A stretch of 63,580 nucleotides of DNA, the filler included, from Octopus bimaculoides (Eukaryota): assembly GCF_001194135.2 (NCBI RefSeq). It is 3 parts of 3 records of this genome, joined end to end, with 100 filler letters (N's around TTAATTAATTAA, not from the genome) between each part and the next. Parts side by side here need not be neighbours in the genome. Positions count along the whole stretch, not along the records: positions 1 to 17,114 come from NC_068982.1; 2 more parts are not named here. One strand, written 5' to 3'. The position numbers and the translations under genes are program-made. This document shows, piece after piece, positions 1 to 12,310 of the stretch (its first letter is position 1; the number at the start of each line of letters is the position of its first letter). The notes beneath the pieces are model-generated. The model had not been told where the DNA came from. It did no database searches and worked only from the letters and a program-made list of their open reading frames with translations.

Positions 1-227
1 ATGTATTTGTCTGAATATTTTTTTATTATAACTAAGGCACCTACTATGATAGGAATTGTTTCTGTTTTTAGACTCCACATTCGAGTTATCTCTATTTCCA
101 GGTCTTTGTATTTTGAAAGTTTTTCCATTTCTTTTCGAGAAACGTTGTCATCTGCTGGTATTGATACATCAATTAGAAAGCATTTTTTTCTTCATGATCT
201 TTGACAACTATATCTGGTCTATTTGCC
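1..227 (-). mobile_element. R4/Dong-type non-LTR retrotransposon, restriction-like endonuclease (RLE) fragment, 5'-truncated, runs off window start
   Basis: Minus-strand translation with one 1-nt frameshift in an A run: ANRPDIVVKDHEEK/CFLIDVSIPADDNVSRKEMEKLSKYKDLEIEITRMWSLKTETIPIIVGAL. This matches the RPD..IDV.IP..KE.EK..KY.DL RLE motif. Confidence 0.85.
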
Positions 228-228
<1 letters not shown>

Positions 229-259
<31 letters not shown>

Positions 260-287
260 CATTATTATTATTATTATTATTATTATT
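229..287. repeat. (TAT/TAA)n microsatellite
   Basis: Directly visible trinucleotide run with one CAT interruption. Confidence 0.98.
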
Positions 288-630
288 GGCGTAATGACCT
301 TCTCAAAACAGCAATTTTATATTCAAAATAAAGTGAAAAGTATACTAAAACCAATAGCCAGAAAAAAGTGTAGAATACTTATGCTAATAATCAGTACCGG
401 AGTATCGTTGTGTAACGTGGAAATGTGATTAAGAGAACTGAGAGGTAACCTATATCATCTGTTCCATTATATTGTGTTTTTTTATTGTAATCAATATCGT
501 AAGTAACGTTATCTTGGCTTTCGCCCATTTTAAAGTCTCTAAATGAAAGTGGGAAATGATTTACACACACTAACAGATACACATGAATTAAAATATGCCT
601 CCTTATTTCTCCATCATGATTGAAGATTTG

Positions 631-634
631 CACA

Positions 635-729
<95 letters not shown>

Positions 730-736
730 ACACATA
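631..736. repeat. (CA)n microsatellite
   Basis: Directly visible. Confidence 0.98.
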
Positions 737-1276
737 CATCTCTAGACTCATTTCTGTGTTAAACGCTCTTCACTGAATTTGCTCCGAAATTCATCAATCA
801 TTCATGTTGATAGTGAAGCCGATGCACCTTCGATACATTCATAAAAATGTATATATACACACCACAAATCATGTTATAAATTAATCATGTATGTGCGACT
901 GTATGTGTGACCCTCCGTATGTGTTTGAGTGTGTATCTATGTATATGTGTGTCTGTGTGTGTGTGAATACATACACACACACATATCTATATATATAATT
1001 AATATATTAATATATCAATATTTATATGTGCGTGGGTGTGTATGTGGGTGTATAAATGAGTGTATGTATAACCTATCAGTTTAACCGATCTCGGTAAGGA
1101 ACAAATTATCATAGAGAAAATATATGTGACTCAGTATTTGTGTTAGAAAATATATTCTACGCATTTTATTTATTAAAGTGAGGAAAATGAATGAGAATTA
1201 CTCTGACATTAATGCGTTTGTTCTTTGTTGGCAGGGATGAGCACTTACATGCATACATGCACACATACGCATACGC

Positions 1277-1350
<74 letters not shown>

Positions 1351-1615
1351 NNNNNNNNNNNNNNNNNNNNNNNNNNNNNNNNNNNNNNNNNNNNNNNNNN
1401 NNNNNNNNNNNNNNNNNNNNNNNNNNNNNNNNNNNNNNNNNNNNNNNNNNNNNNNNNNNNNNNNNNNNNNNNNNNNNNNNNNNNNNNNNNNNNNNNNNNN
1501 NNNNNNNNNNNNNNNNNNNNNNNNNNNNNNNNNNNNNNNNNNNNNNNNNNNNNNNNNNNNNNNNNNNNNNNNNNNNNNNNNNNNNNNNNNNNNNNNNNNN
1601 NNNNNNNNNNNNNNN

Positions 1616-1652
<37 letters not shown>

Positions 1653-3129
1653 ATGTATGTATGTGTATATGTATAACATACACACACATATATGTGTGTG
1701 AGCACTACATGCACGTGTGTATAAGTTTGTGTGTTTCAATATATACGCATGTTCCTTTGTATTTTATAGTTGGTGATGTATATAAAATGTATATGTGTAC
1801 AAATATTGTCTCTCAGTAGCATTTGTGTAGGAAAATACATCTTATCGTGTTTACTCATTTCATTTGCTTCTATACGTGTGATTGACTTTGTATTCGCTTT
1901 GCACCATGCACACATAGATTTACATGCAGCCCTATCTGTTCGAATGCCAGTACACGAATCTGTAGTATGTGTAAGTATGTGCATCGGTGTATGGATATTT
2001 GCCATTCTTTGTCTCTTTGAAAAGAATGAAAGAAAAGAACTATGCATGAAACTGCATTACGCCATTTTTCCTTTTCTTATTTTAGTCGTTCAAGTCCACA
2101 AGACTATCTTAAACATTATTATTAAATTGTGATTAAATCATTTGGAAGAGATTTGGTGAAAAGAATTTTGACGGAAGTAAACAAAGAAAAAAATACTGAT
2201 TCTAGAAAAAAAATTACAATGCAGCTGAAAGTCTCAAAGAATAAAATTTCCCTTGTGTTTTGTGGGTTTTTTTTAACTCTTTTTAATTTTATATCTTTGT
2301 TTAATCAGAGTTGTTTCTGATTATTTTTTCTGTCTTTCATTACAGAATAATATTAAATTGTCAATATAACTGCTTGTTAAGTGAAATATTCAGTTTGTCA
2401 TGATTTTTCTTTGTATACCTTAAGTTCTTATTCGTAAAAGATGTTGTTTTTATAAGGGTAGAAACCCTTTGACTTCTCTTTCATCTCCTTTTCTCCTTAT
2501 ACTAGTATTCTCTCTCTTTCCTTATCCGGCACTATCAACTTTATTACTCCCCCTTTTTTCGTTCTTCCTACAGTAAAAATAATAATAGTATTCCAAACAT
2601 TATATGCAAGAATATAAAAAGAAAAACGCTGTTCAGCTGAAGAGTAAGGGGTTTTTTTTTTCAGAAGATTAAAACGCTGGCTTTTAAAATCAGTTGCGAT
2701 CAACTTCAAGTTTAAAACATGGTCAAGTGATATTCAGGAATCGACATTTGTCAAAACGTTTATGATTTTCTGTAACATCCCTAAGTTCTTGGCTCAAATT
2801 TCATAGACATCTGTTATGTTCTTAACACTTCTAGACTCAATAAAATAAAGATAACCCAAGTATCAGTTTCATTTTAATCAAAACATTTCTTTAATTATAT
2901 TTTCACTGCATCAATATGCCACTGCTGCACATTGTATAAACTTGTGTTGTTATTGATAAAATTAAATTACTATGAGAAAGGAATTAGAGTAGAAAATAGT
3001 ACAGTCCCTCAACTTGTAATGGAATTGTAAGAGCGCACTAGTAATCTATAGTTTTCGCTAAGACTAGGTAAGGTTCATCCATTTTCAGGGCTGAATACAA
3101 CGGATTTCTTCCAGATAAAATGCGAACAG

Positions 3130-3590
3130 AAGAATTCTCCCATGTATTGGTTTTAAATTTGGGCACTACGTCAGCAAAGTCGGGGGAGAAGGAGAGCCCA
3201 TTACCTCAGTCAGAGTGCTCAACTGGTACTCATGCAACCCTGGAAAGGATGGAAAGCAAAGTTCTGTGGAATTTGAACTTAGAACGTAAAGACGGACGAA
3301 ATGCCGCTAAGCAGTTTTTCTCGAGCGCACTAACGATTCCGCCATCTCACCGTTTTAATCGTTTCATAAACTGATTTCCAATTTTGTCACAAAGCAAGCA
3401 ATTTTGGAGGAGGGAGTATAGCCGATTCTATAGACAGCAGTAGTCAACTGGTATTTTGGCTATCGGCCTGGAAAAGATGAAAAGCAGAATCGACCTCTGC
3501 AGAATTTGAACTCAGAACATAAAGACTGACAAAATGTCATAAATCATTTCGCCCGCCGTGCTAACGATTCTGCCAGCTCGCTGTCTTAAC
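3130..3590 (-). mobile_element. Two tandem copies of the dominant SINE family (GGCGGCGAGCTGGCAGAA...GAGTTCAAATTCC...TCGATAAATTAAGTACCAG type)
   Basis: Reverse complement of the same head and B-box (gaatttgaactcagaac) occurs twice, near 3270 and 3505. Homologous to the other copies in this window. Confidence 0.8.
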
Positions 3591-3654
3591 TTATTGATCT
3601 TCAAACGATATTTCTCCCACCACATCGCTGCCTCTCAGTATAATTTATATTAAT

Positions 3655-3790
3655 TGTCAATGAGTTCAAATTCCACCAAGGCCGACTTTACATATTATCC
3701 TTTCAGGGTTGATGAAATAAGTGAAAATCGAATACTGGGGTGGAATTGTCCACACCCAAAAAATTTCGAGCCTTGTGCCTCTAATAGAAA
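3655..3790 (+). mobile_element. Partial copy of the dominant SINE family
   Basis: tgagttcaaattccaccaaggccgacttt...aaatttcgagccttgtgcc matches the other copies. Confidence 0.75.
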
Positions 3791-4450
3791 GGATACACTT
3801 TTTAAGAGCAATTTATTTCCAACTGCGTAGGCCCTACGTACTAATTTCATGTCTTTTGATAGAATAAATGCTAAATAATATACTGATGCTCGTCCAATCA
3901 ATTATATTTCTTCCATTCGATCACTGGCCAATCATTCATGCATTAAACTAGAACACTGCATTCCTGTCAGTGCTGTTGCTGTTTCGCCTACTGCTCCCCT
4001 CGCACCTGTCATTATTCCTTATAATATTATGCGTTCTTTCCTTTTTCAAAAACCACGACCAGCTTTGCTAAATGTACAAGTATAATTAAAGCGTAGATGC
4101 TGACGTTGGAATTGAATGAATGAGCGTGGATTATTATCCATGAATTGACGAGGCTGTGTGTGTATACTGTGTATGCGTGCATGCGAAAGCGCCTCAAATA
4201 TAAGGACGTACACATATGTAGCGTGTGGTTGTGTATGCGTGTGTGTGTGTGTGTGTGTGGTTGTGCGTATTTGCGGCGTAGGCGTGAGTGTGTGTTTGTA
4301 ATAATAAGCTCACTGGTGAGTTACAAATGATTTATGTCATTGTGTTTCATTTACAAAATTGGGCTTTCTTCCTATTTTAATTAGATCTCTATCTTTACAT
4401 GCCAATTACACAGCCTTGTTATTATGATTTACTATTATTATTATTATTAT

Positions 4451-4493
<43 letters not shown>

Positions 4494-5354
4494 NNNNNNN
4501 NNNGAAAAATGGTATTTGGAAGTTTCTGGTAACAATAACCATGCAGTGTAACAAAACCTGGCAGAAAATGACTTCGGTGTCGGTGTTCGACTATTTCAGG
4601 TTTTACTTTCGACTCCCTTTTATTATGGCGTGATAGTGGGCTTGGTTTAAAAGATTAGTTGATTACGGTGGTTATGTATTAAGCGGGTACCGATATGAAG
4701 GGGATATTACGATCGTATTAATTTTATTAACTATATAACTTCTAGTTGGAATCGGTGAAACAGCTAAACAACCTCAGCTTTATACTTAACAATCTAAGCT
4801 TATGAACGCAAATATTTTAAATATAAACAAGGTGACTCAGAGGTAATTTTTGCTCAATGTGATCTAAATCCATTTGTAGCAAAGTATTTTCATCAAATGA
4901 GAAAACCATAAATATTCATAAAGCTATCTGCATGCGATTATAACACGTGAGAGATTAGTTCAAAATCTTGAAGATTTACGGCAAAATAATTTTAAATAAG
5001 TTAGCATAAAATACCTACCAATGAATAGTTTCTAAACATAGACTCAATTAAATGTTCTGCTACATGTAGTTTGTATCTTCGCCGCATTTAACTCACTGGT
5101 GAGAATTATTCGCAGTAGTCCAACGTTAACATTTGAGGTGGTTTAAAATGTCAAAATGGATGTAGGCAATTATCAGTAACTATATCGTCGTTGTATCTTA
5201 ACAACACAATATTCTAATCATATGATGCGTTTTGTGATTACTTCTTTTCTACTCTTCATGAAAAATAGTCGTTAGCGCTTTCCTTCGTGTACTACCGTAT
5301 ACTCCAAATTTGTCTGCAATATCTATCTGATTTTTAATTGATTGTTTCTCTTGT

Positions 5355-5708
5355 CTAGGGGCTAATTACGTTGATATCTACAAGTGTTGCAGTTAAAAAC
5401 TGATTTGAATATTGCTATGTAGGAAGGAGTTTTGGTGAGTTTTACAAGCCCAGCAAAAGTACAATATGAGAAGAGCCGTGTCTGTATAGAAAATAGGTTA
5501 TAAGAGGTTTCTGCCTTTAAGGGTATTGCGAAAGACCCGGTTAGAGACCCGAACTTTCGAGTTCTTGTACAGGGCTTAGAAAAACCGGAGAACAGCCGCA
5601 ATAAGTGTGTGAAACTGAGAGGAGAATATGTTGAATAAAATGATAATTAATTGATCCTATTGTATTTTCTTTTGCTCAAATGCAGGAACTTTTCAGTAGC
5701 CCATCGTA
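5355..5708 (+). mobile_element. Mariner-type DNA transposon remnant (transposase C-terminus plus 3' TIR)
   Basis: LVQGLEKPENSRNKCVKLRGEYVE* resembles the mariner C-terminal G I.KL..RW.KC....G.YVE motif. Ends ...gaacttttcagtagcccatcg-TA. The 5' limit is uncertain. Confidence 0.7.
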
Positions 5709-7483
5709 TAAGGAAGGCGAGGACATTGCCTAATACTATGTCCAATCAGTTGATTCTGTTCATTCAAGATATATCAGGATGTTATGTGTAAAGGTATATA
5801 GATCTATATACACGACATGCATACAAGAAATAACGGTTTCAAATGTTGTCCCAAGGTTACTAAGTTTAGGGGTGGGGGGAAGAGTGAAATGCTACTTATT
5901 TTATCGAAAACGAAATTTCAAATTCCGCCGAAGTTCAACATTGCTTTTGATTCTTTTTGGGACGCTAAAATAAACACAAGTTGAGAGCTGAAAATCGCTG
6001 GCCTTGAGTCAGAGATTGAAACCATTTGAAACCATAAGTTCTTGCAAATGTGTCATGCATATAGGTCTCTTTACTTTTACACATAAAGCTCTGATATGAA
6101 TTAGACGAACTGGCTCATCTAATTGGATACAATAATCGGCAACCTGACTTTGATGCACTTACTGAGATAACTGTAGGGTTTCTGCTCTTCGTGTCAACAT
6201 AATGTACATCTCGAACAGAGGGTCCACAGTGAACGATAAAATAGAAGATAACACAAGGTTTCTATCCGCAAGACTTAGCCTTGCGGGTCAGGGTAGCTGT
6301 TGCAGCACATCTCCGTCCCCATACTCCGGGGCAACGCTTTTGACATTTTATCTGCAGGAACAATGAAGTCGTCTGAATTACAGGAAATTATACGGACTAT
6401 TTCTTAATGTAAAGTTACTCTCTATAAATTGCTCCGTTTTAAATTTATAGTATTTGAAGACATTTGATACAAGTAATATCTCCGGGTCGACAAAAAAATA
6501 CTCACCGTCCTTTACAGCAGTATGAAACAACCTCTTGTGTAATGTATAAATTGGAAGGCTGCTGACAATATATAATACCATTATTCTTTTTATTGTTTCC
6601 CGTTGTTCGGACGCTAAGGTGATAAAACCGGTAGAGTTCAGATTAAATATTTACAATCTAGAATATTTCGCGAATCTCTATTTAAATTAAATTGCTCTCT
6701 AGTTTGGCATTGTATTTTTTCAGCCTCGGGCTGTCAAAATCGTTAAATTGAACCTAAAAATAATAAATACACTCAATAGTACGCTTAAATATGGTTATCT
6801 GTTTCATTCTGTTTTTGTCGCTCTTGATGTAGACCGTGTGATACGAAATATATGGAAAATAATGCGCAGGGGGGATCACTCTTCGTTAAAATGCCTTGAA
6901 ACCAAAAGCAACGATGTAAGATCTAAAAATAACCCACGCTCTTAAAGCGCTTGACTATCATTCTTTGTGAACTTACTACATTTTCTTCTACATCCTACGA
7001 ATAAACCTATTAAATATATTGTTATCTATCGTTAATACTCCAAATAATTTGTTTCTAAATTCAAGAAATAACTAGCATGCAACTTTTCTTTAAATTAGCA
7101 TCGTTTATAAAGAAGATACTTTTCATATGTGAATTGCCGGAAAATAATAAAACAATAATGCATGTATATGTCAGCTTACTTGATTAAATCAAAATAATTT
7201 GAATCAACATTTGGTTTATAAATATTTGTCAATGCTATTGTATATTGTTTCGCATGGTTTCTTTATTATGATGACTTAGTACAGAAAAATCGACGAAGCG
7301 AACTTTTCATTAAATTTTCTGTCTGGTCGACAATACATCTCTCTGGTTTATAAAGGACTGACTTTGAATTTCATTGAAATATTCCCAATGGAGTGAGCAG
7401 AAGTATTACGTAGGGATTGAAATATAGTCCAGCTTTCCTTATCTAGTTTTTTTTTCTACCATAATTATGTTCAAGATATAGTC

Positions 7484-7650
7484 GCAGGAGTGACTGTGTG
7501 GTAAAAAGTTTGTTTTCCAACAGCATGGTCCTGGGTTCAGTTCTACTTTGTAGCTTCTTGGATAAATATCTACCACTATAGCCTCAAGCCGATCAAAGCC
7601 TTGTCGTTGGTCTTCGTATGCGGAACCTGAAAGAAGTCCGTTGTATATAT
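7484..7650 (+). mobile_element. tRNA-headed SINE, second family
   Basis: gcaggagtgactgtgtggtaaaaag (A-box-like) and ctgggttcagttct (B-box-like), followed by a body ending in a (TG)n tail. Confidence 0.7.
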
Positions 7651-7700
7651 CTGTGTCTGTGTGTGCGTATGTGTGTGTGTGTGCCTCTGTGTGTGTGTGT

Positions 7701-7740
<40 letters not shown>

Positions 7741-7928
7741 AATTCTTCTAAGTGATATTTGAATCTACTTGTCATACATGATGATTTACCTTGGATGTGT
7801 ATTCTACTTATATTTACTGGTATCTCATTGTTGGATATTGTTAACCAAATTCTTTCAATACTGAGTGATATATTGATATCTGCATGAATTTTTCTTAATT
7901 CCTTTCCCTTCTAATTATAAAACCGCCC

Positions 7929-8022
<94 letters not shown>

Positions 8023-8049
8023 TAAGTTTTCGTTGAAGCCCCTCTTTAG

Positions 8050-9420
8050 GCCCGCATAATCCGCAAGAGACAGTTGCTAGAGAAGTGCATCGAACAGTAT
8101 ATGGACTTATATCAGGTTTTCATTGATCTGACAATGTGTGATTTTGTCAATAAATTTGTGGGAATGCTTAGACAGTTTCATGGCAAGACAGATGTGAAAG
8201 TTAATGTTGGAGGTATCTTATCAGATGGAATTTCTGTAGAAAATGGTGTAAAACAAGGTGATATTCCTGCTCCAACATTGTTTGCTATGTACTTTGAAAT
8301 AGTTTTTCAAATAGCTTTTGAAGACTGCACTAAAGGATTCTATATAAGGTATAGGACAACGGGAAAACTGTTCAATCTCAAAACTCTGTCTGCCAAAACA
8401 AATGTTCTGCATTCTCACCTCATTGAGTTCCTGTATACAGACGATTGTGACCTGTTGAGAAATTCCCAGAAAGATATGCAGCACATGCTGAATGAGATTT
8501 CTGAAGCACGTGCAGCATTGGGTCTAACGATCAATCTAAAAAACAAAATCAAAATTGTAATAATGTACCAGCTTGCTCACTCCAATATGTATGTGGGACT
8601 TTTTATAACTGTAAAAGGTCAAAGGTTGGAGACTGTACCTAGATTTATTTATTGATGTAGGAAGTACTTTGAACACTGCTGGTCTTGATGAGGAAATTTC
8701 ATATAGAATCAGCAGGGCTAGTAGAGCTTCTGGTAGGTTTGACAGGCGTCTGTGGACACAACATAATATATCTTCATAAATTAAAGTTAAGGTATATAAC
8801 ACGTGGGGTTTTCCATCTTTGCTATATGGGAGAGAGTCATGGGTTATTTCCCGTAGGCATGTAAAGTAAACTGGAATGATGCCATCAATACTGTCTGAGA
8901 AAAAATTGGGGGGGATAAACTCGAAGATGGCCATTAGTAATGTGGAGGTGCGTCATATGAGTGGCAGTAGGAGGAGAGAGTCAATGATTCTGCAAAGACC
9001 TTTGATGTGGGGAGATATCTGGTAAGGATAAGTGATGAGAGACTTCCCAAGCAGCTATTTGCATAGTGAGTTGGAAGACGGCAGGAGACCAGCGCATAAA
9101 GCTAAATAAAGGTTTAAGGATTGCCTTAAAAATGCTCTAATACAGACGGGAATTCGTAGTTGGTGATTGAGAGAGGGAGGCATAACACCGGGATGGATGG
9201 AGGAAGAGAGTACATAGTGTTGTTTGGGGTTTGACAGGGACAGAGTGAAGTATAAGAGAAATAGAAAGGGTCTGAGGAGGGAACCTGTAGAGAGTGAGGG
9301 AGTATTACGTTTACGTGTGGGTGGTTTGTGGATGGTTTGTGGGAGGAGTTTGAGTCATGCAGGCCGGGTCAACAATCAAAATCTCACAGGAATGGACCCA
9401 TGATACACATAGCTATTGCA
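8050..9420 (+). mobile_element. RTE-clade (BovB-like) LINE reverse transcriptase, degraded
   Basis: ORF 8074-8655: GVKQGDIPAPTLFAMYF, YIRYRTTGKLFNL, FLYTDDCDL, LGLTINLK. Frameshifted RT C-terminus and a Zn-finger-like remnant follow. Confidence 0.9.
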
Positions 9421-9684
9421 ATTCACAATAGTGAGAGGTCTGAAAAGACATGTTAAGAGAGTGGGGGTGACATCTAGTAAGGACGAGTGATGGGAGACTG
9501 CCCAAGTAGCTGGTGAACTGGAAGACGACAGGAGGCGAGCGCCATAAGCCTATAAGTAATAAAATTTGTGAAAATGTGGGCGCTTAGAAGTCATATAAAG
9601 GGTATCGCATGGCGTCAATAATGAATCATTTCAGTAATTCTTTTCGGCAATGGCTTTTCTCGTGAAACGAGGGTACAGCTATGA

Positions 9685-9949
9685 TGTGTGCATACAGGTA
9701 TGTATGTATGAATGCATGTATGTATGCGTGTATGTATGCATGAATGTATGTATGAATGCATGTATGTATGCATGTATGTATGTAGGCACGCATGCATGTA
9801 TATATATATGCATGTATGTACGCATGTATGTGTGAGGCAGTATTTATGCATGTATGCATGTATGTTTGTATGTATGCATCTATGTATGTATTTATATATG
9901 TGTGTATGTATGTATGTATGTATGTATGTATGTATGCGTGTATGTATGT
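9685..9949. repeat. Degenerate (TATG)n tetranucleotide array
   Basis: Directly visible. Explains the MYVC/HTYI ORFs in the track. Confidence 0.95.
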
Positions 9950-10129
9950 AACCCAATCGTTGAAGTTAAAGAAATGCAGGCGTTGTTTTCGATATTTCCC
10001 ATAACAGACATTGCAAATGTCATTCTTTTATTAGATTCTGTCACATGAAATTTTTTTTGGCCGCCATATTTTCGTTTGCACTTTTGACATCAAGTAGAAA
10101 ATTCATGTAAATACAGAAATTAAATACTG

Positions 10130-10745
10130 CCACATGTTTGTCTTTCGCACGTGATAAACCAACCATATTTGAACAATACAACGCATTTGTCTTTCATAAA
10201 CACACAAGGCAGAATGAAACTAAATGAATGAAAGCCTCAAACTTTTGTGAAATGTTTATTAAGGAATTTTGCATGTCATTTGGACGGAATAAAAAAAGAC
10301 ACGTCTTTGTCACTTGAAAGACATATATGACAAATCTGTAAACAACACCAAGTGTTTTTCTTCTAAAACGCGTATAAACTTAAATGAATGAAAAGAAACA
10401 CGTTATTTTTCATTCGGGTTTTCTTCGTATTTTATCCGACATTATCCTTGTGTGTAAAACGCTTTACGTGTAGACATTTTCATGTTCAGATCTGTTGTTT
10501 TCAGACCTCTCAAATGTAGTTTCAGACGTGTTTTTTTTTATTCCTTTTGTTTTAGATAATATCCGAGTGTGTAAGAGAATCCTTATAAGTCGTTACACTT
10601 TTATGGTAAATACTTGTACATATTTTACATACTTTGTTCATTTCATACATTTACTTTTTTTTTCACAAGTTTATGAAAGACAAATATATGACATTGGTCA
10701 GATATGATTTTCATCATAAATATTTCGTGTGTCAAAGACAAACAC
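10130..10745. repeat. Imperfect foldback palindrome (MITE-like)
   Basis: Nested inverted matches: tttgtctttcataaac (~10186) with gtttatgaaagacaaa (~10670); ggaataaaaaaagacacgtct (~10285) with agacgtgttttttttattcc (~10525); central gaatgaaaa...ttttcattc. Confidence 0.65.
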
Positions 10746-11721
10746 TGGGTGTTTTTAATCTCCGATATACACTTTTCTGTATGTAATCAAGTCAAAAAAG
10801 CCAAGGAAACTATAATAGTAGCCCCTCTATCTCCTCCTCTTTGTGTATATATAGGAATGTGTGCATATGTGTGTAAGTGTGTGTTTGTGTGTGTGTACAT
10901 GTGCGCGCACATTCGTGTGTTTGATGTGAAAAAAGGCATTTTTTAAAAAATGACATTCGATGCGCCAGAATATAGACTAATATGTAGAATTTCTCTTAGC
11001 TCTATTACATGTAACTGTGGCCGACATTTATTGCGTTGACACCGCAATGAGTTCCAGCAAGAATACACGAAGTCACTCGTTCCTTCAGAAGAGCAGCCAA
11101 ATTCCTTTCTCATGGAGCTTTACTATCTGAAAAGAAAAAGGCAAGAAATTATATATTGTATAACAGGGTCCCATAAATATTACTTTAAACAAGTTCGATA
11201 TTCATAACTTGATATTTCGATCAAAGTTTTGATTTATCATTGATAATCCACGGCTAAACAACAATTGCAGTTCTTATATTCCCTTATCTCCAGAATTTGA
11301 GGTGAAGAAAACTAATATCCCTAATGTCCTCACCAAATGGATTTCGCTTCACATCTACCAGATATGTTAATGGGCTGTTCCACGACAAGCAATAACACGG
11401 AAGAATGCCCTACGAATTTATCTTGGCTCGAGAATATGACCCACTATTCTAAATACGATTACAAAACCCTCTGTTAATTATAATTTTTTGTCTCAAATTT
11501 ATAACGCAACTAATGATTCTTGATTTGTTTTGAGTGATGTTATCCTGTTCAAGATACAATCGCCACGAGGCTTGACCAGTGAGGTTGATATGTGGTACTC
11601 AACAAGATTAAAGGCAAACCTATCAAAGCCGATATGCTCCTTTAGAGAAGGCTCACGTACCACTGGCGTACTAAGACCTATGGAACACCTTAACGATAGA
11701 TAAAAACAATATTTAATTTTA

Positions 11722-11930
11722 TACAAGGCGGCCAGCTCGCCGTCTTTTATAACGTCAGCACGCCGGGCGAAATGCTTTGCGGTATTTTGTCTGTCTTTAC
11801 GTTCTGAGGTCAAATTCCTCCGAGGTTGACTTTGCCTTTCATCCTTTCGGGGTCGATAAATTAAGTACCAGTTTCATACTGGGGTCGATCTAATCTACCG
11901 GCCCAATCCCCCAAAATTTCGGGCCTTTAT
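11722..11930 (+). mobile_element. Dominant SINE family, full copy with CpGs largely retained
   Basis: aaggcggccagctcg...cacgccgggcgaaatgc...ggggtcgataaattaagtaccag...aaaatttcgggcc. Confidence 0.9.
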
Positions 11931-12159
11931 ATATTTCACTTTATACTAGTTTAGATGGGGCCGTCTTTATAAAGAGGCTAACACAGGAAAAATTTATAAA
12001 ATATTTCATGTGTCCCACAGATGTGCGACCAAAACCTTGAATATATTAGTGTGGCTGTTTGTCCCACCCTCTACCATCATTTGACATATACGTATATATA
12101 TGTGTGTGTGTGTGTGTGTATACATACATATATATATATATATATATGTATAAAATTGA

Positions 12160-12310
12160 AATTTACAGAAAGGGAAAACACGAAGACAGGTGTATAAACA
12201 ACAAACAGGTGTATTGGTTTGCCGCTCGGAAAGGTGAGAAAGTCCTTTACGTTCCGAGCCTACGCTCTTCAACAGAAAGTAACACGACGAAATAAACAGA
12301 GAATAAAAAA
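12160..12310 (-). mobile_element. Short element resembling a Penelope-like terminal repeat
   Basis: Minus strand ctgttgaa-gagc-gtag-gctc-ggaacg has the layout of the PLE hammerhead terminal motif. Flanked by microsatellites. Confidence 0.45.

Noticed and set aside
391-560. Minus-strand MGESQDNVTYDIDYNKKTQYNGTDDIG..., resembling a GPCR N-terminus with two N-glycosylation sequons
   Set aside because: Stops after 46 codons, has no good donor and no in-frame TM helix. Hydrophobicity in other frames is explained by AT richness.
1191-1739. Long ORFs in the track spanning N runs (also 12219-13502, 39032-39844, 57152-59512)
   Set aside because: They are open only because N gaps and dinucleotide repeats contain no stops.
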